Origin: Nitrosomonas sp.
Lineage (GTDB): Bacteria > Pseudomonadota > Gammaproteobacteria > Burkholderiales > Nitrosomonadaceae
Assembly: GCA_021604405.1 (NCBI GenBank)
Contig: BQJA01000002.1
Location: forward strand, 25,386-89,385
Length of the DNA stretch: 64,000 nucleotides
Direction of reading: 5' to 3'
Shown here: one piece after another, positions 40,663 through 50,722 of the stretch
How positions within the stretch are numbered: position 1 is the stretch's first letter
Layout: every line of letters begins with the position of its first letter
The notes under the pieces: model-generated
Told to the model about the DNA's origin: nothing
The model's database searches: none
The model's input: the letters and a program-made list of their open reading frames with translations, nothing else
Position numbers and translations under genes: made by a program

Positions 40663-42081
40663 ATGGCAAAGACCTATAGTGCAGGCGTTAAAGAATACCG
40701 GCAAACCTACTGGATGCCCGAATATACCCCACTTGACACAGACATTCTGGCATGCTTCAAAATCACACCGCAGCCAGGCGTTGATCGCGAAGAGGCTGCC
40801 GCTGCAGTAGCAGCAGAATCTTCTACGGGTACGTGGACCACCGTTTGGACCGATCTCTTGACCGACCTTGACTATTATAAAGGCCGCGCCTATCTTATTG
40901 AAGATGTCCCTGGCGATGACACTTGTTTTTATGCGTTTATCGCATATCCGATCGATTTGTTCGAAGAAGGTTCCGTTGTCAACGTATTTACCTCTTTAGT
41001 CGGCAATGTATTCGGTTTCAAGGCGATCCGGGCCTTACGTCTGGAAGATGTCCGCTTCCCGATTGCTTTTGTTAAAACCTGTGGCGGCCCACCGCACGGT
41101 ATTCAGGTTGAACGTGATATTCTTAATAAATATGGTCGTGCACTGCTGGGTTGCACTATCAAACCTAAACTGGGCCTGTCCGCCAAGAACTATGGTCGCG
41201 CGGTATATGAATGCCTGCGTGGTGGCTTAGACCTGACCAAGGATGATGAAAACATTAACAGTCAGCCTTTCATGCGTTGGCGCCAACGTTTTGATTTTGT
41301 AATGGAAGCGATCCATAAAGCAGAACGTGAAACGGGTGAACGTAAAGGCCATTACCTGAATGTAACCGCACCAACGCCAGAAGAAATGTATAAGCGCGCT
41401 GAACACGCGAAAGAAATTGGTGCGCCGATTATCATGCATGACTACCTCACCGGCGGATTTACCGCGAATACGGGTTTGGCTAACTGGTGCCGTGACAACG
41501 GCATTCTGCTGCATATTCATCGCGCCATGCACGCTGTGATTGACCGCAACCCACATCATGGTATCCACTTCCGTGTATTGGCCAAGGCATTGCGCCTGTC
41601 CGGTGGTGATCACCTCCACTCAGGTACTGTAGTCGGCAAGCTGGAAGGTGACCGTGGCGCCACATTAGGGTGGATTGACCTGATGCGCGACAGTTTCATT
41701 AAGGAAGATCGGGCTCGCGGCATTATGTTTGACCAAGATTGGGGTTCCATGCCTGGCGTATTCCCAGTAGCTTCAGGTGGAATTCACGTTTGGCATATGC
41801 CTGCACTGGTTGCAATTTTTGGTGATGACGCCTGTCTGCAATTTGGTGGTGGCACACTGGGGCATCCATGGGGTAATGCAGCAGGTGCTGCAGCCAATCG
41901 TGTTGCACTTGAAGCCTGTGTTGAGGCACGCAACAGTGGCGTGGAAATTGAAAAAGAAGGCAAGGCCATCTTAACCAAAGCCGCTAAAGGCAGCCCAGAA
42001 CTTAAGATTGCCATGGAAACCTGGAAAGAAATCAAGTTTGAATTCGATACCGTCGACAAACTGGATGTTGCTCACAAGTAA
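40663..42081 (+). CDS. cbbL: RuBisCO large subunit, form IA
   Basis: [10 protein letters not shown] catalytic motif, [24 protein letters not shown]; GGAG RBS before the ATG at 40663. Confidence 0.99.
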   Translation: MAKTYSAGVKEYRQTYWMPEYTPLDTDILACFKITPQPGVDREEAAAAVAAESSTGTWTTVWTDLLTDLDYYKGRAYLIEDVPGDDTCFYAFIAYPIDLFEEGSVVNVFTSLVGNVFGFKAIRALRLEDVRFPIAFVKTCGGPPHGIQVERDILNKYGRALLGCTIKPKLGLSAKNYGRAVYECLRGGLDLTKDDENINSQPFMRWRQRFDFVMEAIHKAERETGERKGHYLNVTAPTPEEMYKRAEHAKEIGAPIIMHDYLTGGFTANTGLANWCRDNGILLHIHRAMHAVIDRNPHHGIHFRVLAKALRLSGGDHLHSGTVVGKLEGDRGATLGWIDLMRDSFIKEDRARGIMFDQDWGSMPGVFPVASGGIHVWHMPALVAIFGDDACLQFGGGTLGHPWGNAAGAAANRVALEACVEARNSGVEIEKEGKAILTKAAKGSPELKIAMETWKEIKFEFDTVDKLDVAHK

Positions 42082-42143
42082 TAAACCCATCTCAGCAGAG
42101 ATCGTGTGTGCGGAATATTAATTAATTAGGAGTAAAGTAAACA

Positions 42144-42500
42144 ATGTCTGAAATGCTAGATTACAAAAGCCGTTTGAGTGACCCGGGCAGTCGTAAGTTT
42201 GAAACATTTTCTTATCTGCCTGAATTGGACAAGAAACAGATTAAGAAACAAGTTGAGTATATTGTAAAAAAAGGCTGGAATCCCGCGATTGAGCATACTG
42301 AGCCAGAACACTTGATGGATAATTACTGGTATATGTGGAAGTTACCAATGTTTGGCGAAACTGAAGTAGAAAGCATTCTTGCTGAAGCGGAAGCCTGCCA
42401 CAAAGCCAATCCAGACAACCATGTGCGTTTGATCGGATACGATAATTTTGCACAAAGTCAAGGAACATCCATGGTGATCTATCGCGGCAAAACTGTCTAG
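42144..42500 (+). CDS. cbbS: RuBisCO small subunit
   Basis: [28 protein letters not shown]. Confidence 0.98.
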   Translation: MSEMLDYKSRLSDPGSRKFETFSYLPELDKKQIKKQVEYIVKKGWNPAIEHTEPEHLMDNYWYMWKLPMFGETEVESILAEAEACHKANPDNHVRLIGYDNFAQSQGTSMVIYRGKTV

Positions 42501-42519
42501 AATTTCATTACATGGCCAC

Positions 42520-42555
42520 AGCCCCCATATCCCGTAAGGGCCGGGGGCTTTTTTT
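42520..42555 (+). terminator. Intrinsic terminator after cbbS
   Basis: AGCCCCC...CCC-GTAA-GGG...GGGGGCT followed by a T run. Confidence 0.8.
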
Positions 42556-42607
42556 GAGCCTCTTTGACAAAGAAATAGAAATTTTAAAGCTAGTATAGGA
42601 GCTTTTC

Positions 42608-43411
42608 ATGAGCAAGATAATTGATCAATATCGCATCGCGACAGAACCTTACTACCACCCCGTAGGTGATGAAGTGGACTTATACAAAGCCGCTTACTCA
42701 GTACGTATGCCGATGATGCTGAAAGGTCCGACCGGTTGCGGAAAAACCCGCTTTGTTGAGCACATGGCCTGGAAATTGAAGAAACCGCTGATTACTGTTG
42801 CTTGTAACGAAGATATGACAGCCTCTGACCTGGTGGGCCGTTATCTGCTTGATGCAGAGGGGACGCGGTGGCAAGACGGTCCACTCTCTATAGCTGCACG
42901 TTATGGCGCCATCTGCTATCTGGATGAAGTGGTAGAAGCCCGGCAAGATACCACGGTTGTCATTCACCCCCTCACAGATAACCGGCGTGTATTACCGCTG
43001 GAAAAAAAAGGTGAATTAATTAAGGCACACGCCGATTTCCAAATTGTTATCTCCTACAATCCGGGCTACCAGAGCTTAATGAAGGATTTAAAACAATCTA
43101 CTAAACAAAGGTTTGGCGGTCTTGATTTTAATTACCCAGACCATGATATTGAGAGTGAAATCGTTGCGCATGAATCTGGGGTGTCACTTGACATTGCAGA
43201 AAAACTGGTCTCTATTGCTGAACGTGCGCGCAATTTGAAAGGACACGGGCTGGATGAAGGCATCTCAACCCGTATGCTGATTTATGCAGGCAGTCTGATC
43301 GTCAAGAATGTCGATGCGCATGCGGCATGCCGCGTTGCGTTAGTCCGGCCAATAACGGATGATCCCGATATGCGCGATGCCCTGGACGCAGCCGTTGCAA
43401 CTTTTTTCTAA
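42608..43411 (+). CDS. cbbQ: RuBisCO activase AAA+ ATPase
   Basis: [34 protein letters not shown]. Confidence 0.97.
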   Translation: MSKIIDQYRIATEPYYHPVGDEVDLYKAAYSVRMPMMLKGPTGCGKTRFVEHMAWKLKKPLITVACNEDMTASDLVGRYLLDAEGTRWQDGPLSIAARYGAICYLDEVVEARQDTTVVIHPLTDNRRVLPLEKKGELIKAHADFQIVISYNPGYQSLMKDLKQSTKQRFGGLDFNYPDHDIESEIVAHESGVSLDIAEKLVSIAERARNLKGHGLDEGISTRMLIYAGSLIVKNVDAHAACRVALVRPITDDPDMRDALDAAVATFF

Positions 43412-43477
43412 TTAACGATTACTTGTATCGTTTATTTATAACTCACTATCTTAATAGCGCAAACAGGTGGATAGCGT

Positions 43478-45802
43478 ATGAGCAGCCTCGATGACTACAA
43501 AGAACTACTGGAAAACCTGGAACCTGAATCAATTGCATTATTAAAAAATGCGTGGCCTGATGCCACTAAGGTTTTTTCTCCTCGCGGACTGGATAATTAT
43601 GTAAAAGGTGCCTCTGCATTGCGTAATCTGGGGCGCGGTCGCGGACTGGTGGACACCTGGATTGATGAAACACCACAAGTAGCTAGAGAAGTTGGCGAAG
43701 ATGTAATCAGTGATCTCGCCACAGCTTCATTATCACTCACGTCAAAAACTTCAAGTGCCGTCATCGAATTGATACTGGCCACTGCTCCGACCGCGGCTAA
43801 ACGGCTCGGTGATGCGCAACTATTCCAAAATTATCTGCAATTTCTGAATTCGCTGATTGCACAGGCACCGCGTGGTATCCGCCCCATGCTCGACAAGTTG
43901 GATGTGTTATTTGGACAGCTCACATTGGGTGGCCTGCGCCGCTGGGCAATGTGGGGGGCACATGCGCATCGTACTAATTATGAAGAACAAGCCAAATATT
44001 TTGGCCTGGAATCGAAAGAATCGCTGGCGATATTACAGAAAGAACGCAAAGGCACTTTGTTTGTTGATGTGCAGCGCCGCATTAACATGTATCTACGTGC
44101 TTTATGGGCGCGTGATTTTTTCATGAAACCAACCTCTGGCGACTTCGAGACACGTGAAGGCTATAAACCTTTTATCGAAAATTATCTGATACACTTACCA
44201 GATGCTTTCGACAATTATGGTGATATACCGGGCAGCGAAATTTATCGTGCAGCAGCAGCCCATGCAGCTGCCCATCTGGTTGAAACAAAGCAGCCGATTT
44301 CTGCGGAAGGTCTGAATCCGATGCAAATGGCGGTTATCTCGGTTATTGAGGATGCACGTGTTGAAGCGCTTACTATGCGCCGTTTCCCAGGTTTGCGTCA
44401 AGTCTGGGCAGCGCTACATAATGCCACGCCCGAAATGGATACCAGTATTGGTGATTATTTAAATCGTCTGGCGCGCGCTTTGCTTGATCCTGATTATCAG
44501 GATGATGATCCTTGGGTCGAAAAAGGTCGGCATCTATTTGCTCAAGCATCGGACACATTAAGCAACCATCAAATCTCATGGGAAATAGGCGTCCAACTGG
44601 CGCACAACATAAGAAACAAAAATATTCCCTTTAACCCAAGAACGGATCAACTGAACGCTCCCTACCTTGACGACAACCGCTATTTCTGGGAATTTGAGGA
44701 ATTTGACCTGAACAAATCATTGACTGCTGGCTATGAGGCACCCAAACAGGTCCGCAAGTATGTCAGCGTCATGGAACTTGCCAATGAAGTGGAAGTTGAA
44801 ACCGCGGGCGATGACGCACAGGAAATCTGGGTCATGGGAACTGAATTTTTTCCCTATGAGGATAATGGTGTTTCCTACAATGAAAAGGAAGGAAAAGAGC
44901 CTGTTTCGCCCCCTTTCCACTATGCCGAATGGGACTATCAAATTCAACTTGAACGACCTACTTGGGTGACGGTACAGGAGAAGCGCGCCAAACTCGGCGA
45001 TATACAATGTATTGATGAGATTGCCACACAATATAAACGTGAAATCTCACGCATGAAGTTTCTGTTGGACGCCATGCAGCCTCAGGGGGTGCGTCGCATC
45101 CGCAAATTGGAAGACGGCGACGAAATTGATACCAATGCTGCCATCCATGCTATGATCGATATCCGTATGGGTCTGCAACCCGATCCACGCATTATGATGC
45201 GTTCTGTCAGGAAGGTTCGCGATATCTCAGTGCTGGTATTGCTTGATTTATCCGAATCAACCAATGATAAAGTCGCCGGCCAGAAATTTACAGTGCTCGA
45301 TTTAACCCGCGAAGCCACTGTTTTATTGGCGAATGCAATTGATAAAATTGGTGACCCTTTTGCCATTCACGGTTTCTGTTCGGACGGCCGGCATGATGTG
45401 GAATATTATCGCTACAAGGACTTTGAGCAGCCCTATACCGAAATTCCCAAAGGACGGCTGGCAGGCATGACCGGGCAGCTCTCCACCCGCATGGGCGCAG
45501 CCGTCCGCCATGCCAGTCATTACCTCAAAATACAGAAATCTTCCAAAAAACTTTTATTGGTCATTACTGACGGCGAACCGGCGGATGTCGATGTCCGCGA
45601 CCCGCAGTATCTGCGTCATGATACGAAAAAAGCGGTAGAAGAAGCGACACGCAGCGGCGTTATCACCTATTGCATGAGCCTGGACCCTCGTGCTGATCAG
45701 TATGTCTCACGTATTTTTGGTGCACGCAACTACATGGTCGTTGACCATGTAGAACGATTGCCTGAAAAATTACCGGCTCTTTACGCAGGACTGACACGCT
45801 AG
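43478..45802 (+). CDS. cbbO: RuBisCO activase adaptor, VWA domain
   Basis: MIDAS DLSES, TRMGAAVRHA, ITDGEPADVD; follows cbbQ. Confidence 0.96.
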   Translation: MSSLDDYKELLENLEPESIALLKNAWPDATKVFSPRGLDNYVKGASALRNLGRGRGLVDTWIDETPQVAREVGEDVISDLATASLSLTSKTSSAVIELILATAPTAAKRLGDAQLFQNYLQFLNSLIAQAPRGIRPMLDKLDVLFGQLTLGGLRRWAMWGAHAHRTNYEEQAKYFGLESKESLAILQKERKGTLFVDVQRRINMYLRALWARDFFMKPTSGDFETREGYKPFIENYLIHLPDAFDNYGDIPGSEIYRAAAAHAAAHLVETKQPISAEGLNPMQMAVISVIEDARVEALTMRRFPGLRQVWAALHNATPEMDTSIGDYLNRLARALLDPDYQDDDPWVEKGRHLFAQASDTLSNHQISWEIGVQLAHNIRNKNIPFNPRTDQLNAPYLDDNRYFWEFEEFDLNKSLTAGYEAPKQVRKYVSVMELANEVEVETAGDDAQEIWVMGTEFFPYEDNGVSYNEKEGKEPVSPPFHYAEWDYQIQLERPTWVTVQEKRAKLGDIQCIDEIATQYKREISRMKFLLDAMQPQGVRRIRKLEDGDEIDTNAAIHAMIDIRMGLQPDPRIMMRSVRKVRDISVLVLLDLSESTNDKVAGQKFTVLDLTREATVLLANAIDKIGDPFAIHGFCSDGRHDVEYYRYKDFEQPYTEIPKGRLAGMTGQLSTRMGAAVRHASHYLKIQKSSKKLLLVITDGEPADVDVRDPQYLRHDTKKAVEEATRSGVITYCMSLDPRADQYVSRIFGARNYMVVDHVERLPEKLPALYAGLTR

Positions 45803-45987
45803 CCCGGGCACTGCTCTCCAAATTGACCGGGTAAATGATAAAATCTTATACTTTTACACGGAGTAATCGCATCCGGACAAAAACACATATCCGGTTTTTA
45901 GAAATTTTCAATTACCCAACGTGATTCGCAAAACGTTACACCACGTTACCCTGTTCAATAGAAAGAATATTTGATAGTTAAAAATAG

Positions 45988-46024
45988 AGAGAAAGAGATA
46001 TGGTTAAAACTTATCTCTTTCTCT
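45988..46024. terminator. Hairpin between convergent genes
   Basis: AGAGAAAGAGATA-N11-TATCTCTTTCTCT, a perfect 13-bp stem. Confidence 0.6.
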
Positions 46025-46124
46025 TCTGTATGAATCATCATGCCTGTCTTTGCTCAGAATTGGTTATTTAACGCTATAGCAATATGATGATAAGGGATTA
46101 TTATTTCTATTAGGTGCTACAAAA

Positions 46125-46313
46125 TTAATGTCCAGGTTTACTCGTACCGCCATATGGACGTGGATCTGCACCTTCTGCAAGGCAATTACCATTGCCATCA
46201 ATACCGAATTCACAATCCTCAATAACCATATCAGGATCACCCATATCAGCACTTCCGCAACCAGTTAAAAATAATACCAAGAGCGCCGCAGCAAAAACTG
46301 AAGATTTCATCAT
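46125..46313 (-). CDS. Small lipoprotein
   Basis: AAAGGA RBS, MMKSS plus hydrophobic core plus lipobox LTGC; 62 aa. Confidence 0.75.
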   Translation of the reverse strand: MMKSSVFAAALLVLFLTGCGSADMGDPDMVIEDCEFGIDGNGNCLAEGADPRPYGGTSKPGH

Positions 46314-46591
46314 TTTCCTTTACCAATAAAATTAAAAGATATCATTACTGAAGTTTCGCGCTTCGATTGCGTGGGTATATTTCGCATACTCTATCTCATT
46401 GAAAAACGGTATATTCATCATTAAGGTAATTCCTGCGTACAGAAGTCAATTTATAAGTGGGTGCTATTATTAATAAAAAAAACAAACCCACACAATATTA
46501 ACCTCAACTTATAGCCACTGCCTATCTTGACAATCTTAAGATAGTGAAACTTCATCTCCATTATATAACGGAATAAATCATACACTCAAGG

Positions 46592-47071
46592 TTAGCTCAG
46601 CTTAATCCAACTTAATACGCATGTGAATATTTTGCGCACAGGGTACAATTGACGCATTTTTATGATCTCAATGCTATCAAGAAGGATAGCCAGCATCTTT
46701 TCAGGATCTTATTTATTAAAGCTGCTTACGACTTCTTCTGCACACTGATCCGCTATGGCAATAAAACCTTAGTCATTGACTTTATTTCTCTTCGATAAAT
46801 AGCCCTCATCGACAGATAACAACCTATTCGTACCCTCAGCAATCACTCTTTCTGGCGTTTCCTCTGCGATATGAATCATTACAGCCTGCCGGAAAATTCA
46901 TCCATAACGGCGCGCGCCATTAAACATCTTTCATTTACTCAATTCGTGATATTCTCAGCAACAAACAGCATCCTTACACTGGACTGCGGCAGCTGCTTTT
47001 ATAAGTGTTTGCAGCATATGCGGAGAAGTCAGACTATTTTCCCAGTTAATTCTCACTGTAGCATCAGACAT
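46592..47071 (-). pseudogene. Possible decayed gene
   Basis: GGAG RBS plus ATG at 47071, then protein-like fragments interrupted by in-frame stops at 46955, 46931, 46898, 46769, 46709 and 46592. Confidence 0.3.
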
Positions 47072-47148
47072 CTCCTCTTCTCTCCGTGGTATTGATACTT
47101 TATAGTAGTCATCGAGTATTGACGTCCACAAATTATTAGCAACTATAA

Positions 47149-48609
47149 ATGAGCAACTTATTATTTGGCGCCTATGTGTTTTGCGTAATAACGTTATGTG
47201 CCTATGGCATCAACTGCTATTTCATGGTCTGGTGTTTCTGGAGAACTTATCGCAAGGAATCCGGCCGTATCCGCCAATTGATTGATACAGCTCAACCTGT
47301 ATTTGATGATACTGTTACCTTGCCACAAGTAACCACACAAATCCCGTTATATAACGAAGCAAATGTGGCGGAACGTGTGATTCGGTCTGTCGCCGCTATT
47401 GACTATCCTGCAACCAAGCATGAAATTCAAATACTCGACGATTCGACTGATGAAACCTGTGCCATTGTTGATCGAATAGTGGCATCTCTGCGTCGACACG
47501 GAAAAGATATCCATGTGCTTCGACGCGCTGAACGTCATGGCTATAAAGCCGGTGCCTTGGCTGAAGGCATGAAAGTGTGCAAAGGAAAGTTTATTGCAAT
47601 TTTTGATAGTGACTTTGTTCCGGACCCGAATTATTTACGGCAAATGCTGCCGCCACTGTTGGCTGATGAAAAATTAGCCTTTGTACAAGCACGCTGGGGT
47701 CATTTAAACAAGACATACTCTGCACTGACGCAAGCACAATGCATTGGCATTGATGGACACTTCATGATTGAACAAAGTGTGCGCGCCTTTAATGGCTTTT
47801 TCATGAATTTCAATGGCACTGCTGGTGTTTGGCGTAAACAGGCCATACGTGATGCCGGGGGTTGGCAAGCAGACACACTTACAGAAGATATGGATTTATC
47901 CTATCGCTGTCAACTGGTCGGGTGGCGCGCGAATTATTTAGTGGATGTCGTGGTTCCTGCAGAATTGCCGGAAACCTACACTGCTTTTAAAAGTCAGCAA
48001 TTTCGCTGGGCCAAGGGTTCTATTCAAACCGCGATCAAAATATATCCCAGGGTGCTTCGTTCAAATGCTGGTGTGCTGGCAAAAATCCAGGCTTTTCTAC
48101 ACTTGACCCATTACATCATCCATCCGATCATGGTCATGCTGTCAATACTGACATTACCAGTCTTATTCACGTTGGATGTCACCATACCATGGCCTTTAAT
48201 GGTATTCTGCATGCTTTGCATTCTACTCGCCATATGCGGTCCTAGTTCTCTCTATTTAACCAGTCAAATCGCAGCAAATTCAAGTATTAAACGAATATTA
48301 TTTTTACCTTTTTTAACCTGCGTCGGCGTTGGAATTGCCTTATCCAATACGCGCGCGGTTGCTGAAGCGGTGTTGAAAATAAAAAGCGGCTTTGTTCGCA
48401 CGCCTAAATATGGCTATTTAAAAAAAAACCAATATCGGGTCAACACACCTGTATTACCCCTATTTGAAATTCTGCTAGGACTCTACTGTCTGTTTAGTTT
48501 GCACTATTATTTTGCAGCAGAGAAATATCTAGTGGGACCGTTTTTGTTGATTTATGCTTGCGGTTTTTTGCTGGTGGGAATCCGCTCATTGAAAGAAAGT
48601 TTTCAATAA
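47149..48609 (+). CDS. Processive GT2, cellulose-synthase-like (CESA_CaSu_A2/CslA-like)
   Basis: QIPLYNE, DDSTD, GYKAGAL, FDSDF, FNGTAGVW, TED, QQFRW (QxxRW); N- and C-terminal TM helices. Confidence 0.93.
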   Translation: MSNLLFGAYVFCVITLCAYGINCYFMVWCFWRTYRKESGRIRQLIDTAQPVFDDTVTLPQVTTQIPLYNEANVAERVIRSVAAIDYPATKHEIQILDDSTDETCAIVDRIVASLRRHGKDIHVLRRAERHGYKAGALAEGMKVCKGKFIAIFDSDFVPDPNYLRQMLPPLLADEKLAFVQARWGHLNKTYSALTQAQCIGIDGHFMIEQSVRAFNGFFMNFNGTAGVWRKQAIRDAGGWQADTLTEDMDLSYRCQLVGWRANYLVDVVVPAELPETYTAFKSQQFRWAKGSIQTAIKIYPRVLRSNAGVLAKIQAFLHLTHYIIHPIMVMLSILTLPVLFTLDVTIPWPLMVFCMLCILLAICGPSSLYLTSQIAANSSIKRILFLPFLTCVGVGIALSNTRAVAEAVLKIKSGFVRTPKYGYLKKNQYRVNTPVLPLFEILLGLYCLFSLHYYFAAEKYLVGPFLLIYACGFLLVGIRSLKESFQ

Positions 48610-48690
48610 TGTGCTAATACAGGATAGCGCTAATTCTATATGAAAGATGCGGTAAATTGACATATCGCTGCAATCAATACTTTCCAGGCA

Positions 48691-50715
48691 ATGCTCAATT
48701 CACGACAGTTATTTTTTATATTCTCACTGGCTTTAATATTTCTTACTGGCGCTATTCATTGGACGCAATGGGCAATAGATTTTAAAGCTGTTGTCATGTT
48801 GACATCTTATGCCATCTTGTTTTTCGGCTTCATTGGTGCCTGGTTAAGCTTTCCAAACGGATTAAGTGCGGGGCAGAAAATAGGCCTCATCCTTCTTATC
48901 TCTTTACTAGCACGGATTTTAATAATGGGAATGCCGGTTTCAGATGACGTATACCGCTATCTTTGGGAAGGAAAAATCATCGCTGCCGGTGAGAATCCCT
49001 ATCAATATCCGGCGAATCATGCGCATCATGTAACATATCGTGATTCTTACTGGGAGGAAATGAACCATAAAGACAAACTAACCGCCTATCCGCCATTAGC
49101 CGAGCTTGTATTTGCTGGTGTGAGCAGCATTACCTACTCCCCTTGGGCATTTAAATTTCTATTTATCCTGGCTGACCTCTGTGTCATATGGATAATAATA
49201 AACATTTTATCGCTGCGCGGGTCCGATATACGCACTTCAATATTGTACGCATTGAACCCACTCACATTGTTCGCAATCGCCGGCGAAGCACATTTTGACG
49301 TTCTGCTGATCCTGGCAATAATGTTGTCATTACTTTGTATCGAAAAAAAAGCTTTTGCCTGGGCCTGGATCTGGCTGGGCATTGCGGTACAGATAAAATT
49401 CATTGCCGTTGTCCTTATCCCACTTTTTCTCTGGCGATGTCACTGGCGGTACGCGTGGTTCATATTTATCCCCCTGACACTTCCGTCGCTATACTTTCTG
49501 GATTCACTCCCGGGACTATTTAAAGGGCTGTGGACTTTCGGCGTAATGAACGCTTTTAATGGGCCAATACACGGACCCATTACTTATTTACTCAATGGCA
49601 ATATCGCCGTGGCTTCGTTAGTAATTTTCACGTTATTTGGATTCATCACACTTTGGACAATATGGGCCATCAAAACGCCCGCTAGAGCCGCCTATATATT
49701 GATTGCATCCCTAGTATTGTTATCACCGGTTGTGCATTACTGGTATATTTTATGGGTAATTCCCTTCGTCGCGCTTTATCCTAGCATGTCCTGGCTAGTA
49801 CTGACGCTAACCAGTGGCGCTTACTTTACCTCGATTTTCAGTGTAGAAAACGGCGCAGACTGGTTTTTGCCTTTTTGGGCAATGTGCTTAATGTGGTTAC
49901 CATTTTTATTCGTGCTGGCCTATGAGCTTAGAATGATTTTTCTGCGCAGATTCAAGTCAACCACCCTATGGAGCAAACCTGAAACGCTTGCCATCGTCGT
50001 GCCGACGCTGAACGAATATACGCACATAAAATCTTGTCTGCTTGCTTTGGCTTCGCTGGATCGACCGCCCGATGAAATCATCATCAGTGACGGCAGCTCA
50101 ATCGACCATACCGCAACAGTAGCTCGGACAATGGGTTTTCGAGTGATTGTCAGCAAACGCGGGCGGGGCGCTCAAATCAAAGCAGGCGTTGATGCGGCTC
50201 GCTCAGATGTGGTGCTGGTTATTCATGCTGATTGCACTTGCGCGAATGATGTCAGCCGGCGGGTAATGACCATCTTGGCTAAAAATCCCGATGTGGTTGG
50301 CGGTGCGATTGGACAGCGTTTCAAGACTGCTAATCCACGTATGTTAATCATTGAAATGCTCAATGATGCACGTGCAACACTGAGTGGCATCACCTTTGGT
50401 GACCAAGGTCAATTTTTTAGAACTGCTGCCGCACGAAACTGGGGCGGTTACCCAGATTATCCACTAATGGAAGATATTGAACTGAGCCTGCGAATGATGC
50501 AGACGGGGCGCGTAGTATTACTGGGCGAAGGTATCCAGAACTCTGCTCGGCAGTGGCGCGATGATTTCATTAAACGCGTGCTGCTAATTCTAAAATTTGT
50601 CATTGTTTTCAGGTTGAGTCGCTTGTTTAATCGCAATGTGACCGAGAAGCTGAGCGCGATGTATTACAAAAATAACAGAACGAATAAACATAAAACCATC
50701 CGCCACCATAATTAA
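48691..50715 (+). CDS. Apparent fusion of a GT-C (GT87/DUF2029-like) polytopic glycosyltransferase and a GT-A TIGR04283-like domain
   Basis: N-part: SDDVYRYLWEG...NPY...NH...TAYPP, YALNPL, HFD and many TMs. C-part: VVPTLNE, DGSSIDHT, GRGAQ, IHAD, FGDQGQF, GGYPDYPLMED. No stop between the two parts. Confidence 0.85.
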   Translation: MLNSRQLFFIFSLALIFLTGAIHWTQWAIDFKAVVMLTSYAILFFGFIGAWLSFPNGLSAGQKIGLILLISLLARILIMGMPVSDDVYRYLWEGKIIAAGENPYQYPANHAHHVTYRDSYWEEMNHKDKLTAYPPLAELVFAGVSSITYSPWAFKFLFILADLCVIWIIINILSLRGSDIRTSILYALNPLTLFAIAGEAHFDVLLILAIMLSLLCIEKKAFAWAWIWLGIAVQIKFIAVVLIPLFLWRCHWRYAWFIFIPLTLPSLYFLDSLPGLFKGLWTFGVMNAFNGPIHGPITYLLNGNIAVASLVIFTLFGFITLWTIWAIKTPARAAYILIASLVLLSPVVHYWYILWVIPFVALYPSMSWLVLTLTSGAYFTSIFSVENGADWFLPFWAMCLMWLPFLFVLAYELRMIFLRRFKSTTLWSKPETLAIVVPTLNEYTHIKSCLLALASLDRPPDEIIISDGSSIDHTATVARTMGFRVIVSKRGRGAQIKAGVDAARSDVVLVIHADCTCANDVSRRVMTILAKNPDVVGGAIGQRFKTANPRMLIIEMLNDARATLSGITFGDQGQFFRTAAARNWGGYPDYPLMEDIELSLRMMQTGRVVLLGEGIQNSARQWRDDFIKRVLLILKFVIVFRLSRLFNRNVTEKLSAMYYKNNRTNKHKTIRHHN

Positions 50716-50722
50716 CGTTTCC

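Noticed and set aside
46898-46957. In-frame TGA codons after Cys-Cys as selenocysteine read-through
   Set aside because: Later stops in the same frame are TAA, and no SECIS-like element or selenoprotein motif is seen.
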